DNA of 64,000 nt from Hemiscyllium ocellatum (lineage: Eukaryota): assembly GCF_020745735.1 (NCBI RefSeq), contig NC_083406.1:109221164-109285163 (forward strand). The letters run 5' to 3'. Below the pieces are notes generated by a model. That model worked only from the letters and a program-made list of their open reading frames with translations. It searched no databases and was not told where the DNA came from. The translations under genes and the position numbers were made by a program. Below are positions 51,355-64,000 of the stretch, piece by piece. Position 1 is the stretch's first letter; the number at the start of each line of letters is the position of its first letter.

Positions 51355-51575
51355 GCAAATTAAAAATGCTAGAGAAACTCGGTAAGAAAGGCAGCATCTG
51401 TGGAGAGAGAAACAAACTTTATGTTTCAATTCTAGTATGCCTTCATCTGAAAACTCAAGAAGTCGAAGCATTGACTCTGTTTCTTTCTCCACAGATGCTG
51501 CCAGACCCAATGAGTTTTTCCAGCACTTTTCTATTTTTATTTCAGGTTTCCAGCATCTGCAGTATTTTGCTTTTA
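51355..51575. mobile_element. Older PLE-terminus hairpin family (similar copies near 15350-15530, 20175-20315, 21385-21510, 46705-46848, 48968-49220, 50495-50600, 52170-52250, 53001-53120, 59660-59820, 62590-62775)
   Basis: Shared ggcagcatctgtgga / tccacagatgctgcc inverted arms and degenerate ctgangaaggg...gaaacgtt cores. Confidence 0.7.
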
Positions 51576-53805
51576 CGATACGAATACACGTTATTGCAAA
51601 CAAATAGTTCAGTTCAATGATTTGAATTCAATGGTTTTGAAATACTGTAGACATTTTGCTGAATGTCAAATTGTGCACCCTTCCTAATAGTACTGGGGGG
51701 AGTACCTACACCAAAAATACTGCAGTGGTTAAAAAGGCAGCTCACCACTGCCTTCGCAAGGTCAATTAGGCTTTTTTAGTGACACCCGCATCCCAGGAAT
51801 GGATGAAATAAAAAGTGCAGCCTGCTCAGAAACAGCGAATCAGGAAAAAAATATTGCTGTGCATGGAGGGAATGACTGAGAAAATGAATAAAATGTCCAG
51901 ACAATATCCCTGCTGTCTTCAACACAAAATCTGACAGTATAAAACAAAATACAATGACCAGTTTCACAGCTTGACTGAACAAGTGAAATTTTATTTAAAT
52001 AATATTGACTTCCAAAAATGTTACCAATATGTGGAGGATAAATTGTTATTTGATCTATTTTTCTATTTCAATCAAATCTTTTGTTACACAGATAGGTCAG
52101 AAGTTACAGGAAAGTGTGTAAATTTGTCTTAGTGTTAGCTGCACGTAGACCAAATATTCTAAAGCCTAACATAAAGATAAAACGTGCTGAAAATACTCAG
52201 CAGACCTAGCAGCATCTGTGCAGAGAAAAACAAAGAGAATACTTCAGATCAAAGAGACTATAAAATATTTCTGGCCTATTGTTTCAAATGTGGTCAAACA
52301 GGCTGGCAAGAGACGAAATAGTACTGGGGATTCTCAAAAACAAAAGAAGATGAATTAAGAAAGCTAGAAAAGGACAAAAGAAAACTTTGAAATGCTGGGA
52401 CTGTGAAATAAAAGGAGAACAGTCTGAATCACAGAGCAGACTAGTCAAAATCAGAAAAAAGAATGGAAGATTAATATGAAGGTTGTGACTCATCTTCAGT
52501 GTCTCAAAGAAAATCAAGTACTGACTGGTATTTTTTCTTTGAAGATGCACTGTCTTTCAGTGAGTTCTAGAAATCGATCTCTCATACATACAAACTATTC
52601 ATGGTGGATACTTTTATGAACAAACTATGACAACTTTTATCTTTGGTAAAACATTATTATTGTACTATAGTTGAATTGGCATTTTGGCAAATACTTTCTC
52701 AGAAATAGACCTTTTTGCATTTTGGGTGAAATCCCAATTCATTGAAATATAAGCTACAGAGAAAGGTAGAATGAGGCTCTTTTCAGTAGAGAATCAACGA
52801 AAATAGGTGAAATGGTTTCTTCCTTCTACTGTATGACTTATCCATAATGGTAGCAAATTAAACATTATAATCAGTCATGGGCCAAATTCCCTACAGGACT
52901 TATAAGTGACTATTTTATTTATGGCTGCTGAGTTCGGGATTGGCTGACTATACTATCAGAGAATTAGAGCAAAAAAAATCAGAAAGCATCTTGAGGACTG
53001 CAAAAGTGATGACTGCAGATGCTGGAGATTCATCAGGAATGGCTTTTGCCTGAAAAGTCCATTTTTCTGCTCCTCGGATGCTGCCTGATCTGCTGTGCTT
53101 TTCCAGCCTCACACTCTCTACTATAATCAAATTATGAGGATTATGAAAGAGAAGTGATGGAACTGGTGAGCAGTCAGGCTGAATAGATTCTGAAGACCAT
53201 AACACATCTATGTGCATAGAGCAGCACTTTTTTGGGTGTTCACCAGCGTCCATTTTGGGCAGGAAGTACATGCTGGAAATACTCAGCTCTATAGTACTGG
53301 GAAAGCACATTAAGTTATTGTGTTTGCCCATGACCTTTATCGTTCAAATTTGGTTTTCCCGGCCATATGCATTCAGGAATGCCAAACTTTGCTACTTGGT
53401 AAGGCCTGTGTTTTTAAGTCCAGGGCACTCATCCTGGCCCTGCATTTAAAGAATGGATCTCCCTCATCTTCAGCATCCTTCTCCCTCTCCCTCCACTCCC
53501 GCTCCCCCCCCCGCCCCCTCCAGATTGCTTATAGTATCTTGTGTTTTCTCAGGCAGCTATATTGGGACCTCAGCTTTTTGCCATAGTCTTACCAGGCCAT
53601 AGAACTACACTCCCTGAGAAACAAATAGTGGTGATTTGGTACACTATGCCTCAGGTGAGGGAAGAGGTCAAGAAGGAGAGCCAGTGCGATGGTATCATTT
53701 TGCATCACAAACTAAGCATTCAATGGACTGAGCTAACCAATCCTCTTTTGCCATATATGAATCAGATGAAGGCAGAGAGAGTTGGCTCACGTATGTCGTC
53801 TGCAA

Positions 53806-55126
53806 GGTGTTAGATAGAGGGATAGGGATAGGATTTATGACCATCTGGAAGAGCATGGTTTGATTAAATGCAGTCAACACGGCTTTGTGAGGGGCAGGTC
53901 ATGCCTCACAAATCTTATTGAGTTCTTTGAGGATGTTATTGGACAATTTGATGAGGGGTCAAGCGGTGGATGTGGTGTATATGGACTTCAGCAAGGCATA
54001 TGATAAGGTTCCCCATGGTAGGCTCGTTCAGAAGGTCAGGAGGAATGGGATGCAGGGAAATTTAGCTGTTTGGATACAGAATTGGCTAGTTGACAGAAGA
54101 CAGCGAGTGGCAGGAGAAGGAAAGTATTTTGCCTGGAAGTCAGTGGTGAGTGTTGTTCCACAGGGCTCTGTTCTTGGGCCTCTACTCTTTGTAATTTTTA
54201 TTAATGACTTGGATGAGGAGATTGAAGGATGGGTTAGCAAGTTTGCAGACGACACCAAGGTTGGAGGTGTCGTTAACAGTATAGAGGACTGTTGTAGGCT
54301 GCAGCGTGACACTGACAGGATGCAGAGATGGGCTGAGAGGTGGCAGATGGAGTTCAACTTGGATAAATGCAAAGTGATGCATTTTGGAAGGTCGAACTTG
54401 AAAGTTGAGTACAGGATTAAAGACACGATTCTTGGCAGTGTGGAGGAACAATGGGATCTTCGTGTTTAGGTACATAGATCCCTTAAAATTGCCACCCAAG
54501 TGGATAAGGTTGTTAAGAAAGCATATGGTGATTTGTTTAAGAGCCATGAGATCTTGTTGCAGCTCTATAAAACTTTGGATAGACCGCACTTGGAATACTG
54601 TGTCCAGTTCTGGTCGCCCTATTGTAGAAAAGATGTGGATACTTTGGAGAGGGTTCAGAGGAGATTTACCAGGATGCTGCCTGGAATGGAGGGCTTATCT
54701 TACGAAGAGAGGGTGACTGAGCTCGGACTTTTTTCATTGGAGAAAAGAAGGAAGAGAGGGAACCTAATTGAGGTTTACAAGATAACGAGAGGCATAGATA
54801 GAGTTGATAGCCAGAGACTTTTTCCCAGGGCAGAAATTCTTAACACGAGGGGTCATCGTTTTAAGCTGTTTGACGGAAAATATAGAGGGGATGTCAGAGG
54901 TGGGGTTTTTTTGCAGAGAGTTGTGAGAGCATAGAATGCACTGCCAGCAGCAGTTGTGGAAGCGAGGTCATTGGGGATATTTAAGAGATTGCTGGACATG
55001 CATATGGTCACAGAAATTTGACGGTTCGTACATTAGGTTTACCTTACATGAGGATCAATGATCGGCACAACATCGTGGGCTGAAGGGCCTGTTCTGTGCT
55101 GTACTGTTCTATGTTCTATGTTCTAT
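53806..55126 (+). mobile_element. CR1 LINE 3' fragment (relatively young)
   Basis: ORFs 53918-54469 and 54500-54934 with CR1 RT motifs; (tgttcta)n tail. Confidence 0.95.
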
Positions 55127-55179
55127 CTATATATTTGCAGGCACTACTTCAATGGGGGCCATGTTATGTAGATGGCAGT

Positions 55180-58100
55180 GAGAGGTTGACCAGTTTGATA
55201 TGGAAAGGATATTTCCTTTTGTCGGTGAGTTTGGAACTAGAAGCCATAGATTAAAAATGAAGTGTTGCCCATTTAAGATAGGAAAGAGGGGAAAAAAATC
55301 CTCTCAGAGGGTTGTCAGTCTTTGGAATTCACTTCTTCAAAAGAAAGCGGATACAGAATTGTTAAATATTTTAAAGCAGAGGTAGAGAGATTCTTGATTA
55401 CCTTAGGGGTGAAAGATTGTTGGGACAATAAAACCATGAGTGGCATAGATAGGGTAACTATAAACATAGAACATAAGAGCACGAGGAGGTCATTTGGCCC
55501 TTTGAACCTGCTGTGCCCTTTGTCACAATTATGGTTGATCATCCAACTCAATAGCTTAATCCTGCTTTCTCCCATAACCTTTGATCACATTCATCTCAAT
55601 TACTACATCTAGTCCCCTTTCGAATACATCCAATGTTTTGGCATCAACTACTTGCTGCGGTAATGAATTCCACAGGCTCACCGCTCTTTGGGTGAAGAAA
55701 TATCTCCTCATCTCCGTCCTATTTGGTTTACCCCAAATCCTCAGATTGTGATGCCTGGTTCTGGATGTACCCACCATCGGGGACATCCTCCCAGCATCTA
55801 CCCTGTCTGGCCTGTTAGAATTTTATAAGTCTCCATGAGATTCCCCCCTCACTCGTCTGAACTCCAGGGAAAGCAATCCTAACCTAGTCAGTCTTCCCTC
55901 GTATGTCAGTCCTGCCAATCCCGGAATTAGCCTGGGAAACCTTTGGTTGTACTACCTCAAGAGCAAGAGCATCCTTCTTCAGAAAAGGAGACCAAAACTG
56001 CACAGCAGGTCTTTTTCCCAGAATATGGGAGTCCAAAATTAAAGGATATATATTTAAGGTGAGAGGGGGAAAGCTTTAAAAGGGACCTAAAGGGCTGTGG
56101 TTTAGGTTTTGGTTTTGAGATAGACAAATTGCAATATTTTCTTAATGGTGAGAAATAAGGTGGTCTTCCAGAATTGACTGCATCCTCCTCCCCCCACCTA
56201 TCACTGTGGACTTTCCTTATATGTTGAAAACACACAAAAGGCATATTACAATTATGTAGATAAGGTGACTTTTCATGCAGAGGGTGGTGCATGTATAGAA
56301 AGAGCTGTCAGCAGAAGTGGTGGAGGCTGGTATGACATTTAAAAGGCATCTGGATGGTTATATGAATAGGAAGGGTTTAGAGGAGTATGGGCCAACCTCT
56401 GGCAAATTTATTTAGGATATTTGGTCGGTATGGATGATTGGACCGAAGGATATGTTTCCATGCTGTATATCAGTATGACTCTATCAGTATTATGCAGTAA
56501 TTTAGAGTTGATGATAAAGCAAATTAGCCATGATCTTAATAAATGATGAAGCTGGCTTGAAAGGTCTAATGGTTGTAGTTCATATGTTTAATAAAAGATT
56601 ACAAAGGGACTAAACAAATGGGCAAAACCATGGAATATGTGTATTCAACTTTGGTTTTGAGGAAGACAAATTGCAATATTTTCTTAAAGGTGAGAAATCA
56701 GGAGGTCTTTCAGAAATGGCTGCATTCTCCTTCATCCACATATTGCTGTGGTCTTTCGTTACATGTTGAAAACACGCAAAAGGCATGTTATATTATTTAG
56801 GTAAGGTGACTTTGCCAAATTGAATAAGGCCAGTTCCTCACTCCAGCAACATCCTTCAATCTTGGGGTCCATTTTCCCTATGATCAGCAATTGTCCCTCT
56901 GATATACTTTATAACTCAAAGGTGGATGACATACTTAAAGATTTTCCTGCTTCGATAGATTTTAACAGTTTCTATATTTATTTTTGTTGTGTTGTTAATG
57001 TCAATAAAAGCTTATATTAAAGTATAGGTTCCAAACTCAAAATGAGAACTATAAATCATAATGATGCATTCTGCTGGGCAATTTCGTGGAATACAATGTT
57101 TCCATTTGTAAGATACATAGCTTAATAGTTATCATTTAGCACAAAGTGAGCAGATTTGATACGCGCAAAAGTTGCCACTAATAAGTGCCACTGGCCAAAA
57201 CTTTTATTGCTCTACAATCTTTTGGGGTATTTAATTATTTTGTGTGGGGCCAATCTTAATATTTTCTGTCCTAGAAAATGGTCTAGCAGCCAGTCTATAT
57301 CATTTAAGTTTAAAATAATACATAGATGTAACTCTGACTTCCTGTGTTCCTCTATGAATAACAGAATTGTTATGATGCGAAACAAGGCCACTCAGCCCAT
57401 CATGTCTGCACCAGCACTCTGAGCATTTTGACATGATGCCAATCTTCTGCAGTTTCCCTGAAACCTTGCACATTATTTCCATTTAGATAATCATCTGTTA
57501 TCTTCTTGAATGCCTCAACTGGACCTGCCTCCATCACACTTCCTAACAGTGCATTCCAGATTTTCCTCACGTAACATTGACAAGTTGGTGGATAGGTAGC
57601 AGATGAGGTTTAATGCAGACAAGTGTGAGGTGACGTATTTTGGTTGGAAATGGGAAGCGCAATTCTAAAAGGGGTGCAGGAGCAGGGGGACCTGGCTGTG
57701 TATGTGCACAGACCATTGAAGGTGACAAGTCAGATGGGGAGAGAAGTAACTAAAGCAAGCAGTGTTCTTGGCTTTACTAATAGGGGTATAGAGTCCAAGA
57801 GCTAGGCGGTGCTGATAAACTAATACAAGATGCTTGTTAGACCTCAGCTGAAGTATTGTGTAAATGTGATTACCAGTGTTGGGAAAATGTGAATGAATTG
57901 GAGAGGGAGTGCAGAAGCAATTTATTAGAATGGTTCCAGAAATGAGAAACCTCAGCTATCAGGATAGATTACTTACAGTGTGGAACCAGGCCATTCGGCC
58001 TAACAAGTCCACACCGACCCTCTGAAGAGCAACCTACCCAAACCCCTTCCCCTACATTTACCCCTTCACCTAACACTACGGGCAATTCAGCATGGCCAAT

Positions 58101-58870
58101 TCACCTAACCTGCACATTTTTGGATTGTGGGAGGAAACTGGAGCACCCGGAGGAAACCCACCCAGACACGGAGAGAGAGACACGTGCAAACTCCACACAG
58201 ACAGTTGCCTGAGGCAGGAATTGAACCCAGGTCTCTGGCGCTGTGAGACAGCAATGCTAACCACCGTGTCGCCCACATAATAGATTGAAGAAGTTGGGAC
58301 TTTTCTCCTTGGAGCTGAGATGAGATTTGATTGAGGTTTTCAAAATTGTGGGTGGGCTGGAAACAGTGAATAAGTTGAAATTGTTTCTATTTGTAAAAGA
58401 AACAAGAATGAGAGGGTATGGATTTAGAGTGATGTGCAAACGAAGCAAGGGGATGTGAGAAAAAAGCATTTTCTTAGCAAATTGTTAGGGTATGGAATAC
58501 ACTGCCTGGGAATGTGATGGCGGGAGTTCCAATTGAGGCATCAAAAGGATATTGGATGAATATTTGGAAGGAAATGGTGTGTAGGGATATAGGGAAAAGA
58601 CAGGATCTGGGCACAATAAGCCAAAAGGCCTCCTACTGCACTGTAATAATTCTGCAATTCCGTGATCTCACATTTGCTTCTTTTCCAAAACACTTTAAAT
58701 CTATGCCATCTGGTTTTCAGTCCTCTTTTCAGTGGGAGTAGTTTGTGCCCATTTACTCTATTCAGACCCCCCATGAATTTGAAAATTTTGATCATATCTT
58801 CTCCTAGCATTTTGTCAAGGAAAACAATCCCAGCATTTCCAATCTATCTTCATAGCTGAAGTTTATCATT
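55180..58870. mobile_element. Cluster of CR1 3' fragments in both orientations (other short CR1 ends near 2415-2730, 12350-12720, 32290-32850, 39580-39950, 45560-46060, 49940-50320)
   Basis: TRGH/FFTQR.V.LWNSLP-type C-terminal CR1 motifs and 3' UTR stem-loops. Confidence 0.8.
57965..58275 (-). mobile_element. HE1-type V-SINE nested in a CR1 fragment
   Basis: HE1 pattern; flanked by a short atagatt duplication within CR1 sequence. Confidence 0.9.
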
Positions 58871-59927
58871 TCAGGTTTTTGAGAGGTTTGGCCTTTTTTA
58901 CCAACCTTTCCTCATCGAAAAATCAAAAGGGAAAAGCTTTTTTGGGGAAAGTTGCATTGGAACAACCAGCATAATAGCAAGGTGACTGTACACCTTCCAC
59001 ACTGGGATCAAGCATCTGAATTCTTTTCCCTTTAAAAGGATTATAAAAAGTACAATCTTGGTCAATTCAGCCATCTTCAAACATACTTTAGCTGTTACAC
59101 AACAATTGACACTGCTTCTGATCAACTGGCCCAGACATTTCTCCCCTTCTACGCCTATCTCCAGATAGTAAGAGAGTGAGTAGCCTGGAAGCAGAAAGGA
59201 TGGGAGGGATTAAGGTGGAGAAGGACTGTGGTGGGTAGAGTAACATTGAATTAGTAAGTGAGCCATTCCATCTACTCACTAGACCTCATAAATCCTTTGT
59301 CAAGGGACAGCATTTGCTGAATACAGCCATTTTTGTTGGTGGGTGACATGGTAATCAAATAAACTACTTACCATGTTCACCTTAATCAGTACTTTTACTG
59401 TGTTGGACATGGAAAGTACTGCTGTATTGCAGCTGCTCAGAATAGGTAGGTTTAAAGTGTAAAAAGCACAGAAGTTGGGGCACAGTGACCAAAGGATAGA
59501 CCAAATCCTTTAAAATATTTGAACAAGTGAATATCCAGCCTCAGCTTTGCTATGTCTTGTGGTAAGGATTTTCTGGTTAGCCTCCCCCATCAATTACAAA
59601 GGAGTGGTGCGTGTTGAGGAAAATGAAAGTCACTTAGCTTACCCAATACGATTTAAATTAGAGAAGTTGTTGGAGAAACTCAGCGGGTCTGGCAGCATCT
59701 GTGGAGAAAAAAAAAGTTAACGCTTTGAGTCCAGTGACTCTTCTTCAGGACTGCTGCTCTACAGAACAAGTTTGGTTTTCCCCAGACTTCCAGCGTCCAC
59801 AGTTCTTTATTTTGTTTTATAATTTAAAATAACTCTATGATCCTAACTAACCTAGGGGAAATCCATTTGGATGAGCATTTGTAGCCATGAGTGGCACAAA
59901 GCAGGCAGTTCCAGGATTGTAGCCAAT

Positions 59928-61262
59928 TAGTGAGTTTTGAGAAGATTTGTAGCTCAGGTTGAGGTTTTGGATGTAAGTTTGCTCGCTGAGCTTGGAGGTT
60001 CATTACCAGAGGTTTTGTTATCTTACCAGGTAACATCTTCAGTGGGCCTCATGCGAATAATGTTGAAAATTCCTGCTTTCTATTTATATGTTTGGGTTTC
60101 TTTGGGTTGGTGATGTCATATCCTGTGGTGATGTTATTTCCTGTGGTGAAGTCACTTTCTGTTCCTTTTCTCAGGGGATGGTAGATGGGGTCTAACTCAA
60201 TGTGTTTGTTGATAGAGTTCCGGTTGGAATGCCATGCTTCTAGGAATTCTCATGTGTGTCTTTGTTTGGCTTGTCCTAGGATGGATGAGTTGTCCCAGTC
60301 GAAGTGGTGTCCTTCCTCATCCGTATGTGAGGATACTAGTGAGGGAGGGTCATGTCTTTTTGTGGCTAGTTGGTTGCCTGTTTGTCCAATGTAGTGTTTG
60401 TTACAGTCCTTGCACGGTATTTTGATGCAGTTTCATTTGTGGGTGCATCATAACATTATTTCAATGAGCCAACAAACACTGCAGCACAGAGAAACTACGC
60501 AGAGCAGAGGAACATCACCTATACCATGTATTCAAAAAGAATGGGTACCTAATGAACACAGTCTACCAATTTCTCAGCAACAAACCCAAAAAAGCAGACA
60601 AAACACGTCCAGAAACCCTAGCCACTCTCCCCTACATCAAAGATATCTCGGAAATGACTGCCAGACTACTCAGACCCTTTGGCATAATTGGTAGCCCACA
60701 AACCCATCAACACAATAAAACGGCAGCTATTGAACTTGAAAGACCCGATACAGACAATAAGCAGAACTAACGTAATTTACAAAATACTATGCAAGGATTG
60801 TAACAAACACTACATTGGACAAACAGGCAGAAAACTGGCCACCAGGATACATGAACACCAACTAGCCACAAAAAGACATGACACTCTCTCACTAGTATCC
60901 TCACATACGGATGAGGAAGGACACCACTTCGACTGGGACAACTCATCCATCCTAGGACAAACCAAACAAAGACACACATGAGAATTCCTAGAAGCATGGC
61001 ATTCCAACCGGAACTCTATCAACAAACACATTGAGTTAGACCCCATCTGCCACCCCCTGAGAAAAGGAACGGAAAGTGACTTCACCACAAGAAATAACAT
61101 CACCACAGGATAAGACATCACCAACCCAAAGAAACCCAAACATACAAATAGAAAGCAGGAATTTTCAACATTATTAGCATGAGGCCCACTGAAGATGTTG
61201 CCTAGTAAGGTGACGAAACGTCTGGTAATGAACCTCCAAGCTCAGTGAGCGAATTTATATCC
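59928..61262. mobile_element. Poseidon-type PLE 3' part with GIY-YIG domain and inverted duplicate
   Basis: ORF NVIYKILCKDCNKHYIGQTGRKLATRIHEH; arms about 59969-60425 / 60780-61262; TSD ATT(G/A)TAGCCAAT at 59916-59927 / 61263-61274. Confidence 0.9.
61186..61225 (+). ncRNA. Minimal type I hammerhead ribozyme motif
   Basis: cca CTGAAGA t GTTGCCT agta AGGTGAC GAAA CG TC tgg; stem I cca/tgg. Confidence 0.75.
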
Positions 61263-63276
61263 ATTATAGCCAATATTGGGAGAAAGATAAACAAGATTGT
61301 ACTCTACAGATATTATTTGACTGGAAATTTAAATACTTGAATTGTGTGACTTTTTGAATGGTGAAATCTTATGTATTTGTCATCAACCTTTCTGACAGCA
61401 GTAGAGTGTCCATATAACTTACCTTCATTCAGCTGTTTCAGCTTTCACTTAGCTTACAATTAGCAATTCCAGGCTGGTTAATCAGCTCGTAAAGCCCAAT
61501 TGGAATGATAGTGAGGAGACTGAAGTGTAGAATATGTTCAGGCGCACCGTGTAATCTGTCACAGATTTCGGGTTTAACTTCACAAATTGCTGTGCAGTGC
61601 CCACTGAGTTGTCTGATCTTAGATCTAATTTCACACACAGGTGAGTATGTCTGGTAACCACTTTGGGACTTACTACCTTATGTTGGGCAACCATTTAGTG
61701 CACTTGATTTACTGATATATTGATTATGAGTCTCTATATGCTCAGTGTGTGTGAAGCTTCCTGATGCACTGTGGAACCAACATGGCTGTTTCTATCTCTG
61801 GCTCTGATTACATTTGACAAGATTTGACAATGGTGTAGCATATCTCTACTTTATGATTATGTTAGAACCTTCTTCTAAGGAGGTCTGAGTCCATCCATTT
61901 TGGACTCAGCACTTTGCCACTCAAAAGGCCTATTTTACTGGCCATCATCTGCTGATGATCTCATTTGCCCCTTTTGTAGGTAGGTACTGAATGAGATTAT
62001 TGATGTAGTCAACATTCTATCCTCATTGAGATAATTCAGCTGACATTATGTGATTCTCGTACAGGGTACTTGTTTGGATTGCCTGAGAATACACCCTTAT
62101 TCACCTCAGAGTCTGACATCGCCCTGATGCGCTGAAATGAAAGTTGAACTTAAGGTTCCACTATGTGACAACACACTTTGGAAAGGTTTTGAACAGGAAG
62201 CTATACTGCGGAAGCTATACCCCATGTACAAAGGAAGTCAAAAAGAAAATGGCTACTTCCACTTGTCACTCATTCAGTCTAGAATGCTTGTGGACAGCCA
62301 GGCAAATAGCAGGATTAGGCTTGAAGAAGATTTTCATCCTCAACCATCTGAGTGCAAGCAGTGGAAAAAATATTGAATGAACAATCCTATCAAGATCCTT
62401 CCAAAACTACCACCATCACAAAACGTATTGTCCAGCCAGCTCCGTTCACTCCATTTAACAGTAGGACGAGTGTTTGGACACAGCAAAGGCTAGAAAAACT
62501 GACAATGTCTTGACTACAACGTTCAAGATTGATTTACCAGATATTCAGCTACTTTCTTAACCAAGTAATAACCCTAATTACCACCCTAATAAAAGCAACA
62601 TGCTGTGGATGCCAAAACTCTGAAATTAAAATAGAAAATGCTGGAGAAACACAACAGGTTTGGCAGCATCTGTGAGAAATATCATTTTGAGTTGATGTGA
62701 CTCTTCTTCAGTTTTCCCTCCACAGATGCGACCAGACTCGCTGAGTTTCTTTAGCATTATCAGTTTTTAATTTTAATTACTATTCTACCAACCTTCCTAA
62801 TCAACTGATAAGGGACAAAAGGAGATACCAATGGTGCCATCCAGCAACACCTACTCATTAATTACCCGCTCACCTCTATAGTTTGGATGACTTCGGTGTG
62901 AAGTCTGCATGTTCTTCCTGTGTCTGCGTGGGCTTCCTCCGGGAACTCCGGTTTCCTCCCACAGTCCAAAGATGTGCAGGTTAGGTGGTCTGGCCACGGG
63001 AAATGCACAGTTACACGGTTAGAGTGGAGGTAGGGGGAGTGTCTGGGTGGGAAACACATCAGAGGGTTGGTGTGGACTCAATGGGCCGAATGGCCTGCTT
63101 CCACACTGTAGGACTTCTATGATTCTTTGATGCAACTGTGAAATTGCAGCAAACTGAAAATAATCAGCTCGGATGCAGAATCTGTTCTCATTCAGGACCC
63201 TTGTGGCACAGTGGTAGTGTCCTTACCTTTGAACAAGGAGGGTTGGGTTCAAGTGTCACCTGTTCTGGAGATATGT

Positions 63277-63599
63277 AGATTAGATTCAATTTAGATTAGA
63301 TTACTTACAGTGTGGAAACAGGCCCTTCGGCCCAACAAGTCCACACCGACCTGCCGAAGCGCAACCCAGACATATCCCTACATTTACCTCTTACCTAACA
63401 CTACGGGCAATTTAGCATGGCCAATTCACCTGACCCGCACATCTTTGGACTGTGGGAGGAAACCGGAGCACCCGGAGGAAACCCACGCAGACACGGGGAG
63501 AACGTGCAAACTCCACACAGTCGCCTGAGTCGGGAATTGAACCCGGGTCTCAGGCGCTGTGAGACAGCAGTGCTAACCACTGTGCCACCGTGCCGCCCA
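63277..63599 (-). mobile_element. HE1-type V-SINE (young); partial + strand copy at about 62894-63127
   Basis: Near-consensus head and V-domain with (tagat)n tail. Confidence 0.92.
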
Positions 63600-64000
63600 C
63601 AATAACATCGCTTAGCAGGTTGCTTAGAAAGCACGTTTAAAAAAAAACTATTCCCACTTGTACAATTCCTGAGCTGCAGAAGAATTAGTTGATTGGCCAA
63701 ACCATCCAGTCTGTACGCACATTGTAGGATCAATCATGTGTGGCCAGGTCTCGTACATGCTAACCTCCATGGAAATTGCTCAAGACATTTGAACATTTAA
63801 CTGTCAGTTACCCTACTCCCTGTGATCTTTACACACATCTCCCCTTGGGATGCATCCTTGGATATTAAATGACGTAGATACAGAGACAATGGATGTACTG
63901 TCCTTATGGAAAATTCCAGTACTTTATATAGTGTCTTGAGATTTTTTACAACTACCTGTGAGACTGTAGTTTGTTTTCTCCAAATGATGACAACTCTGAC

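Noticed and set aside
62137-62380. Overlapping 78-79 aa ORFs
   Set aside because: No motif or supported splice context; length is compatible with chance.
42700-64000. PPP2R3B or PLCXD1 exons, expected from human synteny with GTPBP6
   Set aside because: No matching peptides found on either strand.

Overview
Repeat-rich vertebrate genomic DNA, almost certainly from a shark (inferred from HE1-type V-SINEs, HER1/CR1 LINEs, DeuSINE remnants and abundant Penelope-like elements). Two spliced genes can be rebuilt by hand with consistent splice sites and reading phases. (i) GTPBP6, the HflX-family mitochondrial GTPase, on the - strand: 7 coding exons from ATG 22361 down to 2091, with the 3' exons off-window. 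(ii) An uncharacterised 8-exon, 261-aa gene on the + strand (22944-42685), not visible as a single ORF in the track. It is head-to-head with GTPBP6, and the first exons may overlap in a small GC-rich promoter. From memory it resembles the unnamed fish protein si:ch211-218d20.15 (unverified). The rest is mobile DNA. Two repeat systems stand out. (a) Many Penelope-like element (PLE) termini inserted as short hairpins with 10-16 bp target-site duplications (TSDs), carrying minimal type I hammerhead ribozyme cores, alongside a parent RT+GIY-YIG element in intron 1. (b) An ORF1-less EN-RT LINE whose 5' end is a tRNA-like head plus body that also occurs as a free SINE fused to the same LINE's 3' tail. 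A CTCF/CCAAT promoter-like island near 49.3-49.9 kb is followed by possible decayed coiled-coil exons. Repeat boundaries are approximate unless a TSD is given.
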